Shown: positions 26,501 through 38,167, counted from the stretch's first letter. The stretch: DNA of 64,000 nt from Amoebophrya sp. A120 (GCA_905178155.1 CAJINV010000004.1:2854460-2918459); one strand, 5' to 3'. Program-made: numbers and translations. The notes: generated by a model not told the origin, from the sequence alone.

Positions 26501-27295
26501 TCATGAGGAGGCCACGAACGATGACTCAGCATCACAAGTTTCCGAGCTTCTAGGTGTTCTTGCCTATTCTGCATGACAAACTGCCTTTCTGCATGACAGA
26601 AAAATGGGGCTCTTGGGTAACGTGCATGACAGATTCATTTAATGGTCATGCCAGACAAGCATGACAAACCTGCATTCTTCCAGACCCAGACATATTTGCA
26701 CTTGATAGGGGTGGTCTTGGTGCGAAGCCGTGTCCCGTTCCGTCTTCGCGTGCAGGCGAATCAGCTGCTGCTGCTCGTCGAAGGCTTCTCTTGATGTAGT
26801 TGTCGTTTCTTCGTTGTTCGTCCCATCCTCGAAGATGTTATTCACCTTCTGCTCGTGGTCGTGCAGTGCCTGGGACATCAATGCATGCTTTGACAAGCTG
26901 GACGACTGTGTTGTAGAAGCACCAGCAGCAGCACCTTGGACAACACCAGAGTTTTGTGTCGTTTCTGTTGAAGCTTCTTCATTTTCGGCCGACGGTGAGG
27001 GCGTTCTTGCAGTTCCTGCTCCTGCCGCCCGTGCTTCTTTTTCTACTTTCTCTACTTCTGTCTGCTGCTGTTGATGTGTCTGCGCAGGGCGGTTCTTCGC
27101 GTTGTTGTTTTTGCTGGGGATCACGGTCACTGCACCACACAGGTGATGTGCCGTCTGCGAGACAAAGAACGAAGATCCTCGTGATAACCAGGATGTAGTA
27201 GTTGCACGAGAGAATACTTCGAACGCACGCAAGACTCTTGACGTCGTCAAAAATACCGGACGACGTCGCGCCCCCTTCCGATTCGAGAGTGGCAT
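23569..27295 (-). CDS. Class I SAM-dependent methyltransferase (KWHHY / GVQSGG / DDGSH type), split by 9 introners
   Basis: Spliced product: IWKWHHYFQVYHRHLDPL..MLVIGVQSGGEVGMWREYFGPNLHYYGIDVNPACKQIEQKYPNTKIFIGDQSD..HIVLDDGSHIAWHQIATFETMYPHL..GVYIVEDV..ISFYDGMVVVEK. Start codon uncertain. Confidence 0.85.
23711..23873. mobile_element. Introner, family A
   Basis: DR acgtg/acgtg. Confidence 0.85.
23932..24281. mobile_element. Introner, family B, decayed
   Basis: DR ttcta/ttcca; joins NGYW|KFAQ. Confidence 0.8.
24323..24628. mobile_element. Introner, family C
   Basis: DR atgtg/atgtg. Confidence 0.85.
24712..24897. mobile_element. Introner, family A
   Basis: DR accga/accga. Confidence 0.85.
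25071..25295. mobile_element. Introner, family E
   Basis: DR tcctg/tcctg. Confidence 0.85.
25350..25499. mobile_element. Introner, family A
   Basis: DR aaatt/aaatt; joins NTKI|FIGDQ. Confidence 0.85.
25538..25840. mobile_element. Introner, family E-like
   Basis: DR gcttg/gctta; joins NPAC|KQIE. Confidence 0.8.
25997..26310. mobile_element. Introner, family C (reverse of 6539)
   Basis: DR gtggt/gtggt; joins VYH|RHLD. Confidence 0.9.
26445..26707. mobile_element. Introner, family B (252-bp type)
   Basis: DR ggggt/ggggt; joins QDHP|YTVT. Confidence 0.9.
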
Positions 27296-28159
27296 TGTCC
27301 TCTTCTTCGGCGTAGTACGACGAGGCTCTTCTGTTTTATTTCTTGCAAGGGCAATAAAGAAGCTCGTAAATTTTTCGCAGTCAAGGTGAAGAAAAATCCA
27401 CTGCAACCAATTCAGTAACAGAAGCACTGACCACTCTGGATCTGGTGAAGACGGTGTAGCTCACACTCATCAAAATGCTCTCTAGAGTTTGATGTTCCTT
27501 TTGATGCCCCATTATCTTCTGTTCTATGTGTCACAATGAATTCTACAGCGTCCGAGGAGGCGGATGTAATACTATCACGCACTCGCACCACGCTTTTCCG
27601 TGTTCCAACTCCAACACCAGACGAATTATAGACGCCACGAAAACAAGAGGCTATGCAGATATCGCTCGTACTTCGGGGAACACCACTTATCAGAAACGTA
27701 TTCGTAAAGAATCATTTTCGCTAGCACTGCTGCTGCGACAGTCTCGCGAGGCGGGGGCTCCGGCAAGGGACTTTTACACTTTAGTCGTCCGCCGCGTATT
27801 GTGATATTACTTCTTCTTGAAAAATACATCGCGAGATGTAGTTCAAGGTGGATTATTTTCACTAGGATTTAGATTTACATCGTCCTCGCCGACTTGGAGT
27901 TGTTGCCTGTAGTAAAAACCGGTGGACCACCAGCACTCAAATTCCTCCTTTCATGTCGCACCAGCAAAGTCTCGATCTTCAGAAGTAGGCCATACCCCGC
28001 CAGAGGATAATTTCTATTGCGGTTCTGCTGCAAAATTCTTCTGTGTGCCACGAGAACTGGTGTGCAGCACTATTTATTCATCTGTGCGACAGTGGTACGG
28101 AGGAGTCGACCTGCTCACGAAGTAGACAGTAGGCCCTCGTAGCAGTTGTACTTACCCCG

Positions 28160-28981
28160 GCTTAATACCTCCCTCCAGCACGGACGAGGACGACCACGGG
28201 CTCCACAACCACAAGTAGAGTTGTCTCTTAATGCAGAACCGCCCTAGAATTAATTGTGTTTCTTAATGAATTCAGAATGAATTCAGAATTTCCCACTTTT
28301 TGGGATTTTGGGGTGAGTGGCATCATGTAAGTCACCTCAAAGAGCGCCAACGTTGCCCCCTTGGCCCGATAGTATGGTGGCTGACAGAACGCAAAAACGC
28401 AGGCCGCAAAAGTGGGCGCATCGACCGCCACGCAGCGGCGGGCTCTCTACGCAACTGGCCCCAATGTTTCCCGGCGCAGGCCCCCGATCTGGGAGGGGCG
28501 TGCGCGTGTTTTACACGTCAACCTCTCAAACACCCAACAACCACGACGACAGACTCGTCCCCCAGGCTGCGCCACAAAAATCGCCAGCGCCGAGCTAGAA
28601 AACGTCAACCACTCGTTGGCCCCCGGCGATCACAAATACACACACAGAGCAAGGAGGAAACTAGCCGCGCAGCGACAGCATTGGGGGGCGTGGACAAGGA
28701 AACACAAAAGCCCGACGGCCTCAGGTTGTCCGGCTTCCAGCCATCCTTTCCAAGCGATGCCACAGGCCTTCGCGCCTCGATGCGCTTTGCCAAAACACGA
28801 AGAAGGACACAGGGCGCGCGGCATTGCTAGCCCTAGCTGGCGAATGAAAGACGAGTACTGCGCGCGCGCGCAGCGCGCGCGTCTCCAAAATACCTTTGCC
28901 GCGTCTCCAAAATACCTTTGTTGCTTAATACCCTCCAGCACGGACGAGGACGACCACGGGCTCCACAAGTAGAATTGTCTC
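28160..28981. mobile_element. ~695-bp insertion flanked by a ~59-68-bp imperfect direct repeat
   Basis: gcttaata(cct)ccctccagcacggacgaggacgaccacgggctccacaa(ccacaa)gtagaRttgtctc at 28160-28227 and 28923-28981. A tandem cgcgtctccaaaatacctttg pair lies at the right end. Confidence 0.7.
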
Positions 28982-29860
28982 GTTGCTAGTACGCTAAAAC
29001 TGATACAAAAACAAATAAGCTGATAAATAAACAAGTTGGTAAAGGTTAGTTCAAGTTTCGTTCCTCGTGAAATCGAGAGGGAAATTTTCAATTAGCAACG
29101 AGAACGAGGAGGTGGAGTTGTTCCAGTGCCACCTCACGCTGTACTACAACTGCTACTGTAAAGTCTAACGGCGTATAATCTTTAGCAAATGCATATTTAC
29201 GAGGACAGGTGAAATGGCGGGATAAAAGTCCAGCTGTGGTGCTGACCACGCTATTTCTGTTGCTTGCTCTACTGTGTGACAATTGTGTTATCTTCATCTT
29301 ACGCGTGCGTCCGCGTAAGAACTATTCCTCTGCTTCTGAGTTGTCTCTCTCTACTATTTTGATTTTTCTCTGACAATTTCTGAACTATTTCTAGGCTTAA
29401 TATTACGAGTAAGTGTGATAAAACTGAAGGTTTAGAAGTTGTAAAAGTTAAGACAAAAGTTTTAGTAAATCACCAGCGATGACCACGACGAGCACGAGCA
29501 TCTTCATGATAATTAGCTTTGTATTTATTGTGTACTGTTAAGGTTAAATTCTGTTCAAGTTCATTTTTCTCATTGGCATTTTCTGAGTTCGTAACAAACT
29601 GGTACTATTGATGTTGATTTCTGGTAATAAATTGAAGAAGCCCACCGGCCAATCTATCGCGACCGTTTTTTAGGCTAAGTTTCTACTAGTTGAGCTGCAT
29701 CATCTTGTTTGCAAAGGAAGACGCTCGTCGTTTGCAGGGTGTTGTTTTTAGTCTTTCTGGTTCTTCATGCTTGCCCCGATGTGCATAAAAATGTTTTATG
29801 TTTTTCTGAACTGTTCGTGTTCACACTCGAAACATCATTTTTCGACCCACCTGGCGTTTT

Positions 29861-32800
29861 TTACACCGCGATCTTCTTTTTCGCAAGCTCAGACCAGTAC
29901 TATGAGAGCGCACAGCTACCCCTCCCCCGCAGTTGTCACGCAAAATTCCAAACTAACGCAGTACCAGTTGCTGCCTTGTAGCACTGCTCACATGACAAAC
30001 TCTGGAAGCGCAAAGAGAACTACAATCGGCGCACGAACATGTCATGCACAGCATGCGTGTGATGTGCTACTTGTATTGGTTTGTATTGCTGGTCATACCA
30101 ACATACAAATCATGAGGGGGAGGGGAACTTGTGCACCATCATAAGTACTTCTCCGGAACACCGACCTTCTTCAGCTCGTCGATCTTGCGCGACTTGATCT
30201 TTTCCAGCTTGCGCCGTTCCGCGGCCAGCTCTGCCCGCACGTTGTTACCCTCCTCCAGCGCATTCCTGCGGTCCTGCAACTGCTTCTCCTCCCGGGCCGC
30301 AATCTGCTTACGCAACTCGTCGCAGTGGAGATACCTTTATGAATGTTCTTACAGTGTGCGTGTAACGATTGTTCTCTTCATGCGGATAATCCAAATTATA
30401 CAGCTGCCCCCTACATGTTGTTGACTCGCTCCGCTTGCGCATCTGCTTCTCGTCTAGTAGAGTGGATAAAACAAGAAAGCATCTGAGCATTTTCATCTGA
30501 GCAGGAGGATCGTTTACAAACTGACATCGGTGGATCATAATGATTCTGATTTTGATTTAGATCATTCCCCATCGATGTATTCTGTACCTGGCCTTTTTCT
30601 CGTTACTGGACTTTTCGGTTTCCGCTTCTTCTTGTTGGTATGAACTGCAAAAGTATCGCACTCGTATGAATGCATTACAAATTTCCTCAGCATGAGAAAT
30701 AAAATTTGCAATGCGGATTTACCTTAAGAAAAAGATTTGTAATGCATGACTGCAATACGAGTACGATAGTTTTGCGTAGGATAGTTGGATTTGCACAGCG
30801 ATAATCCGGTCGAACTCGTCTCTTTCCTGCTTCGCCTGCTCGGCCAGTCGTCGCTCCTTCTCGGCGGTCTGACGCTTGCGGGCCACGGAAAGCTCCTCGT
30901 TGATGGCCTCGATGCGCGCTCGCTCCTGCTGTTCCTTGCCCCGGGCCGCACGCTCCGCGGCTTCGAAGGCCCGCTTTGCGCGCAACGCATCCTGCCGCGT
31001 AATTAAAATAGAAAATGCGTGGACGTCTGCAATGTACTACGGGAAGAACAACTACTATGGACTATGATCATATAGTTTGTTCGTATCATACAAGTAGTAC
31101 ATAATCAACAACAAAATTATCTCGCTGGTCTCGCATGACAAAATAAACTTGAAACTTGTACAAATTCTTGCATGCCATCATCTTCCACCTTTTTGACAAC
31201 ATCCTTAGTTATACCATTTCTGCTGCCTTGTCGGCGGCTTTTTCCTGCTGTGCTCGGAGTTTCGCGGTTTCGGCCTCCTTTTCCGCCTATCAAATGCAAA
31301 AATGTCTGGGTCTGGGAGATTCCGAGATTTGTTATGAAGTTTTTCCAAGGTCTTCCACGTCTGGAACGCAGGGCCTAGCATCACAGGTTCTGCAGCTCCT
31401 TGGTGATGCGTATTCCGCATGAGAAATGCCCTCTCAGCATGACAGATCTTTGTAGGATGCGGAACACGCATCACAAGTTCGGGTCCGTCCAGACCCAGAC
31501 ATATTTGCATTTGATACCGCCGCGACGCGCTTCTTTTCTTCCTCGATCTCGCGCTCTCGGCGCTCCCTGGCCCGCTGGTACTCGAGAATCTGCTGATCAT
31601 CGAGTCGCTCGGCCAAGATTTTCTCTTATCGAAATGAAAACTGCCCCTGGTGGTAGTACCCCAGAAATAAAAGGAAGCTAGTTTTATTGCGAAAGAAGTC
31701 CCAATGTTCTTGTAAACAGTCCGAGCCTTGCTGCATCTTGCAGCAACACAATTTTTTTATGCAGAAGAGCCAAATTTTGTGTTGCAAAAAGACCTAGCAG
31801 CCGGAGGATCTACCATGTTTGTAGCAACGACTTTCAACAGTCTGAGCTTTCGATTTTTAGGAAGCAGACTCATCGTAGCGGTCCTTTCAATCATGCAAGA
31901 CGAAAATTTCGCATTTAGCTAGAAAACTGTTGATGCATGAGAAACATTAACATTTTTCACCTCTGGGGGTCCTCGTAGGGCACATTTCTTCATTTCAATA
32001 TCTCCTCCTTGATCTTCATGGTCGCTGCGTTCGCCACCGCGACCTCGCCCATCAGCTTTGCGGTATGAAAGCCTCAGGTTGGAAATCCTCAAAGTGTAAT
32101 GCAAAAAAACGACTCCAGTTGAAGCGCCATTTGTAGTCGGCGCATGACAAATTTCCCGGGCACTCAAAACGTGTCTGTCATGCTAGTTAGGCAAAGGGGT
32201 GCCCTTCTGTCGTGCTAATCAGCAGCCCACTCCTTCACCCCTAGCAGGATAACAGTCGGCCTCCATTGTGTCCTCTGCAATCCAGTCGCTTTTGCCTTGC
32301 ATTTCATGCATCACAAATTATTTCCACTTTGAGGATTTCTATTCTGAGGCCTTCATATGCGGCGGCCACCTTTTTCGCCTTCTGCAGCTCCACTTCCTCC
32401 TGCTTCATGGCCTGAATCTGCTTCAGGATAAATGCTCGCTCCTGGTCCCGTGACTCCTCCTCCCGTAATCGCTGCGCCTGACGGTCCTTAATCTGCTCGA
32501 TGATAACCTGTTTTGATAATGTTATGTGTCATTGATTCATGCGGGGCATCAATTCATCTTGACCTTTCCGCACGTACGAAGAACAAGAAGCGTTGCTTCA
32601 TTTTTTCCAGTGGCACAGATTACAACTCGACATTTTATCGCACTCGCACGGGCATGCAAAAATGTGTAAAACCATGCTGCATCTTCAATAAACGAAACTC
32701 GTCTAATAATTACCTGTGCCCCTCGCCTCTGGTCCATTGCTCGGGCTTTGTTTCGCTCCTCGTACATTTTCAAGGCCTTGAGTCGCTCAATTTCCATCAT

Positions 32801-34088
32801 CGTATCCAATTGTGCCTCTTCTTCCTCCCGTTCCTGGTGGATGTACCTTTATTTGGGTCATTTCATAAATTTTTCTCTTTGCCGAGCGCAGCGGTGGGCA
32901 CATCTTCGACGCAATGCAAAATGAAAATAAAAGTAAAACTAGTGCAATGTGTACGTACAGAAACAAGAGCACACCTCTTTTCCTGGACTTGTGCGTCCCT
33001 GATGGTGACCACCTTGGAGTACATCATCATGGCATTCATGTGCTTCACGTCATCGTGCGCTTCGTCCATCTTGTCCTTCGCTTTCTGCAGCAGACCGTTT
33101 GTGCTGGCCTGCTCCTCTTTCTCGAAGTCCGTCATTCGTTATCGAGGGAAAATCCTGCTTCACTGGAGCTGTACTTGTACTAGACTTTGCATGACAAGTT
33201 TGTTGCGCTTAACAGAGAAAGTTTTCCATGCGTGCTTCGTCCCTAGTAGGAAACAATAGCAAAGCACAGACATATTAAAGGCTACGTGCTTCTCGCATTT
33301 CTAACACGACAATAAAGTTTGCTATTTTGCATCTTCAGCATCACAGGTTTTTTCCAGTGAAATAGGTTTTTATTTGTTGCGATATTTGCATCGCCATCTT
33401 CATTTTCCGCTCCTCCTCCATCAGGATCTTTGAGTTCATGAAGATGTAATCATAATCATGTAAGACATTGTTCACTACATTTCTCAGGTAAATCAGCATG
33501 ACAAACAGCACACACTGCAAGTGCAACATGATTTTTACTTTTGGAATTCATAAACCGCTTCGCTCTTTACCATTTTCTCCTTTCTCGCTCTGCTCTTGGC
33601 CTCTTTTTCGGCCTTCGCTGCCTCGTTGATTTTTTTCATGGCCACCTCCTCCTGCTTCGAGACGATTTTCGTGGACTCCTTAATTCGGTTCAGTTCCGAT
33701 GCTGCCACTACGGTCGCCATGCCAGCGTCGGCCTGAAATGGAGTTCGAGTTGTGTGTTATGAAGTACAAACCAGTCCAAGCCGAAAATAAATGCAAAAAC
33801 GACGAGTCGTGAACTCGTCTGCGTTTCCCAACGGGGCGATTTGGAGTGGATATCGATATTCATGAAGCTACTGCTACTCATCTTCGTGAAGAATAGTACC
33901 GGATTTGCGGCGACTACGGGGCCTCCCTTCTTCTTTTTCACGGTGTCCTTGCCGACAATCATCAGATTTGAGATGTCCTTGCTCTTCGTTTTTCTCGCTC
34001 CCCCGGTCGTTGAGCCGAACAGCGTCTCGTCCACCTGTGCATTGTGCGTCGGTGCGCCACCGCCTGAAGTTGCCGCCAGGCCGGGCAT
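29861..34088 (-). CDS. CFAP45: Cilia- and flagella-associated protein 45 (CCDC19), multi-exon
   Basis: VDETLFG motif, AKDKMDEAHDDVKHMNAMMMYSKVVTIRDAQVQEK, LDTMMEIERLKAL, long coiled coil, C-term KIDELKKVGVPEKYWSELAKKKIAV*. Confidence 0.85.
29901..30143. mobile_element. Introner, family E (reverse orientation)
   Basis: DR agtac/agtac; joins PEKY|WSEL. Confidence 0.85.
30639..30783. mobile_element. Introner, family A (145 bp)
   Basis: DR gttgg/gttgg. Confidence 0.9.
31288..31516. mobile_element. Introner, family B
   Basis: DR ccgcc/ccgcc. Confidence 0.9.
32064..32357. mobile_element. Introner, family C2 (reverse of 16724)
   Basis: DR tgcgg/tgcgg. Confidence 0.9.
33140..33384. mobile_element. 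Introner, decayed
   Basis: tatcg..cgata ends; flanks ttcgt/tttgc; joins MAMQ|MTDF. Confidence 0.55.
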
Positions 34089-35581
34089 TTTTTTTGGTTT
34101 TTCTTCTTTCCTTTCGTTGAAAATCTCACTGTTGTTGTATCAAGAAGCCTACGGCCGTCTGTACAACAATACCGAAGGAAAAAAAAAAAAATCTACTCCC
34201 CCCTGGATGAAAAATGTTTCGATTTCACCCATTCATTGTGATAGAGTTGCATGATGTTGTTATGACTTTAAATAATTTTGAGTCATTACCACGTATAGCC
34301 ATCCTGGTGCTTCAGGTTCAAATTAAATTAAACCGACCCGAATCCGAAAAATAAAAATTACATGTCCCAAACTAACAAGGTATGCTTAATTACCGCGTTT
34401 ACGAGAACGTCGCAAACGAAGTGCTAGTTTCTCTATCCGTCGCCATCGCTCATTGACACTCAAAGAGATCATCCCAATGCACGAATAAACGCTCATACGT
34501 ACTACGCCACACAGGAGATGAAGACATTGTGGCTAGCAACATGGACGAGCAGGACGCCGACACGCAGACGTAGGTTGATATAGAGCTGCTAGAATTTCTT
34601 GCCTTGTTGTATCTATTCACTCACGACAAATGATGAACTACAGTGCTAACGCCCAAGGGCACACGTACTAACGAACCTCCATTCAAGAAATGGAATCATC
34701 AAAACGATAAAAGCAGCATCGGTGTAGTTGGGCTTACGAATTTTTATTTCGCTCAGGCAACAAGCTAGAACAACGACAGCGACGTGAGGATCAATAGAAT
34801 ACGGTAGTACTCGAGACGAGATGTGCAACCGTAGTTGCTCACACGGCACCTCCTGTCTGTGCGCGTTTTCAATGCGGTCACAAACGAGATGGTGTGGTCA
34901 GGCCATCATGTATTCTTCTTTGGTCGAAGATTAAGATATCTCGATCACCGTTGAATGCGGTGCTTGCGGGGTAAGTAGGGCTAGGGGGTCGTCTTCATTG
35001 GAATGAATGTCGCTCAACTACTCTATGTAGTTTTGTATTTGTTTTCTTCATCATAGAGCGCACCACATGCACTTGGGGTGGGACTACCAATGTGTGTCTT
35101 AGGGTAAGATTTCTCGTGGCCCTTGCATCGGGCGGGTGACAAGAGGATTTTTGCGATCGGAGTGGTCATAGCCAACATCAAGCGTGATCTATGCGCAAGG
35201 ATAACAAGAGAGCTGGCACAACTACGGAGGGCATGTGCAATTCCAATTTCTTGTTCGCCTTCATCTTCTCAATTACTTACACTTCGTCGAGTCGAATTGA
35301 CGACACCATGTTCAGGAGAAGTTAACAACTTCTTAAACTACTCTACACTACTACTAGTAACTAGGTAGCACGACTGTACTGAGTTGCAGCACTCTTTGCT
35401 GCTTGAAAATTGGTGTTTATCGCTTGTGGCTCTGCCAAAGCGGTCAGAATCACCAGATTAAGAATTTCGGTTTGTTCATCCTCGTCCAGATTGATGAGCC
35501 AGTTCATGTTCATGTTCGTGCTACCCGAGAACATTCTCCCCCCAGCTGCACGAGGAGGACATCAGCATCTACTTCCCAGCA

Positions 35582-38167
35582 CTACAGCCGAAACGGCGGG
35601 AACCGGGTGAAAACCTGTCCCGTCGTAATTCCGAGCACCACCGCGCCGGAAAACATGGCACCGACCAGCTGCTTCTCGCTCCCCCGGTCCACCGTCTTCC
35701 CGATGTTCATCATGGTAAGCGACGTCAGGGCCCCGCCGACGACAGCGAAACAGGCGAAGGCGGCGAATTTGAACCAGTCCTGATTGAAAATATTGTGGTC
35801 TAGATCTGAAGTAGTTGTGCTTACGGGGTCGTTGCTATTCAGTTGTAGTACTTCCGGGGCGGGAGCCTCCTGCTGCTCGAGCTGCGCCCGACTCGTGTTT
35901 CGAACGTGCAATAGTAGAGGGATGAACCCGATGCCGCGGAGCAACGCAGCGGAAAGCAGAACTAGCTGGTAGAAGAGAGACGGGCGGGTGCTGGACGAGG
36001 AGGGGGCTGAAGGTGGTTTATCTTCAATATTTGCGGTGTCTTGATCCTGTATTTCCATGTCTGCAACGACCTCTGGGCCCAGCTCGAGATCTGGTGCATC
36101 TTCTGAGCCGGCTCTGTCGTCTTGCAAAATAAGCCTCTGCTGCTGCTTGTCGAGCGAGGACCTCATGCCACCTCGAGTTTGCTGCGCCTCCAAATCAAAA
36201 TTTGGAGGTCGGTGTACTAGAAGCGGGTCCACCTCCTGCTCGTCGCTGTTGCATTTTGGTGCGTCTATAATTGCTTCCTCATTCCCACCAGCATCTTCAT
36301 CCCTGCGCTTCTTTCGGTCGTGACAGCAGAAGCAATACTCACAGCCCTTGGCAATCACGCTGCACAGTGCGCGGCCGGTCACGTCGGCGAGGGCTACAGT
36401 AACGATCAACCGCGTTTTGAACGACAGGATCAGGTCCTGCTTCTGCTGTTGCTGCTCCGGCGTCAGGGCTGTTGCAGGCTGTGGTTGTAGTGCGTTGGTT
36501 CCATTTGAAGATGCTGTTTGCGACCCGAAAAGCAGATCCGACGGAAGCTGTGGCAGTGTTTGACTGCACAACACAGGAAACACCATCATGAGCACCATCA
36601 TGTTGAAAAATTTCGCGAAAATCAGCAAACTCGCGTCGCAAAAAATCGCCCAAATCGAGCGACGCGGCTGATCTTCAAGTGAGGCTGCTTCTGTTGTCTC
36701 CAGCGTGGTGTCCTCGGGCTTGTTCGCTACAACCGATCTTGTTGTTCCGTCAGCGGTATTCTTAAGAGTATCATAATTTTGATGGAAGCTAGTGGCACTC
36801 ATCTCGTCATCTTTTCTGAGAAGTGCTGGTTTTTCAAGAAGCGTTGCTTTTTCCCGATCCGTTATTGTCGTCCCCTCCGCGCCACCGTCAAGAAGCTGGC
36901 CTGCAGAAGTTGTTTTATTTTCATATAGAGGGGGCACCTCCGTGTGGTCTGCGCACCCTGACTCCGATCTGGACCGAGATCGTAGTGTGTAGTTTTTGTC
37001 CAAAAGAAATTCCGGCTCTTGATCACCGTCGCTGGCGATGTCAACTTCAGGAGAGAAGTGTAGTTTAGTTGATGGGTCACCACCTTCACGGTTTTTCATA
37101 GCTCTCGGAGAACTGCTCAGAGGAGCAGCAGTTTCTGATTCGTCCCTCGTCAATGTGATTTCAAAAACACGACCAGAAGTGCCACTTATCTTGCTTTTCC
37201 CAGTACTTCTACTACAGGTAGTGTCCCCCCGCTTTCGTCGTCGTCCACAGAGCCACCTCCTGCTGCCGTCAAAATATTCCTGCAGGACTCTGTTGCGGAG
37301 GAAAAAGCTGAGGCCCAGCGCAAACCCCGCGAAGAGAAAAACCGCGACGAAGGCGAAGCACCCGACTGGCGCCCACGGGTTGGTGATGCTTTGCACCATG
37401 AAGCCCAGGATCGCGATCGCGAGCGACGCCAGGCCCTGCCCGACGCTGAAACAGTAGCAGCCCATCGGATCCTTCAGACGGGACACGAACCCGATCATGG
37501 TCGCGTTCAGCACCGCAGAACCAATGCCGGCGATCAGGATCAGCGCGAAACCCGACCCGGCGATGAGGTCAATCGTTCGGATAGTCGAAGATTTTGTTGA
37601 CGTCGTGGAGGCACCAGCGATAGTACCTTGCTCATCATGATCCCCTACTACTAGCCCCGCCAGCCTCGGCAATACATTCGCGTAGGCAACGAGGACCGCC
37701 AGCACCAAGTAGCACCCCGCCTGCACGGTCGTGGCGATGTGCCAGTTGAGCAGCAGCGGCAACTCCTTGCGGGTGCAGAAAAACGTCCAGCCAGCGCCGA
37801 TCACGTTGCCCACCGCGCGAAAGAGGGACACCAGGTCGCCCCACTGCGTTTGCTTCTGAAAAGTCTCGTCGGACATTGTGGGAATGCACATCGCGGTTAC
37901 GTTGTACCCGATCATCCCGCTGATGCCCAGGAGAAGCAACACCCATCGCGGCAGGGGTTCTACAGGCACTTGTTGCGGGTCTTGTGATGAAGATGATGTT
38001 TTTAGTTGTACCTCCTGGTCTACTTCGTGGAGGTCATCTGTCGAAATTGTTTTCTTCATCCGTTCGCCTGCTCCTGCAGCTGCCAGTGGTGTCGCAGTTA
38101 TTGACGCACCTAGAATTCGACCACTTCCCGACCGATCGGGTTCGGCAGGGTCAACATCCATCAGCAT
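35582..38167 (-). CDS. Equilibrative nucleoside transporter (SLC29/ENT), intronless
   Basis: 861-aa ORF with ENT motifs LLGISGMIGYN, VGQGLAS, FNMMVLMMVFP, ADVTGR, LLRGIGFIPLL, FAVVGGALTSLTMM, SGAVVLGITTG. Confidence 0.85.
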   Translation of the reverse strand: MLMDVDPAEPDRSGSGRILGASITATPLAAAGAGERMKKTISTDDLHEVDQEVQLKTSSSSQDPQQVPVEPLPRWVLLLLGISGMIGYNVTAMCIPTMSDETFQKQTQWGDLVSLFRAVGNVIGAGWTFFCTRKELPLLLNWHIATTVQAGCYLVLAVLVAYANVLPRLAGLVVGDHDEQGTIAGASTTSTKSSTIRTIDLIAGSGFALILIAGIGSAVLNATMIGFVSRLKDPMGCYCFSVGQGLASLAIAILGFMVQSITNPWAPVGCFAFVAVFLFAGFALGLSFFLRNRVLQEYFDGSRRWLCGRRRKRGDTTCSRSTGKSKISGTSGRVFEITLTRDESETAAPLSSSPRAMKNREGGDPSTKLHFSPEVDIASDGDQEPEFLLDKNYTLRSRSRSESGCADHTEVPPLYENKTTSAGQLLDGGAEGTTITDREKATLLEKPALLRKDDEMSATSFHQNYDTLKNTADGTTRSVVANKPEDTTLETTEAASLEDQPRRSIWAIFCDASLLIFAKFFNMMVLMMVFPVLCSQTLPQLPSDLLFGSQTASSNGTNALQPQPATALTPEQQQQKQDLILSFKTRLIVTVALADVTGRALCSVIAKGCEYCFCCHDRKKRRDEDAGGNEEAIIDAPKCNSDEQEVDPLLVHRPPNFDLEAQQTRGGMRSSLDKQQQRLILQDDRAGSEDAPDLELGPEVVADMEIQDQDTANIEDKPPSAPSSSSTRPSLFYQLVLLSAALLRGIGFIPLLLHVRNTSRAQLEQQEAPAPEVLQLNSNDPVSTTTSDLDHNIFNQDWFKFAAFACFAVVGGALTSLTMMNIGKTVDRGSEKQLVGAMFSGAVVLGITTGQVFTRFPPFRL

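Noticed and set aside
14554-26707. Recurring tgtctgggtctgga / gcaaaagtatcg repeats as a CRISPR array
   Set aside because: They are inverted pairs bounding elements, irregularly spaced and separated by exons of eukaryotic genes. No cas genes.
28300-28972. ORFs in the 28-kb insert (and in 2023-2400 and 48446-49250) as transposase or reverse transcriptase
   Set aside because: Short, Arg/Pro-rich, with no DDE, RT or endonuclease motifs recognisable.
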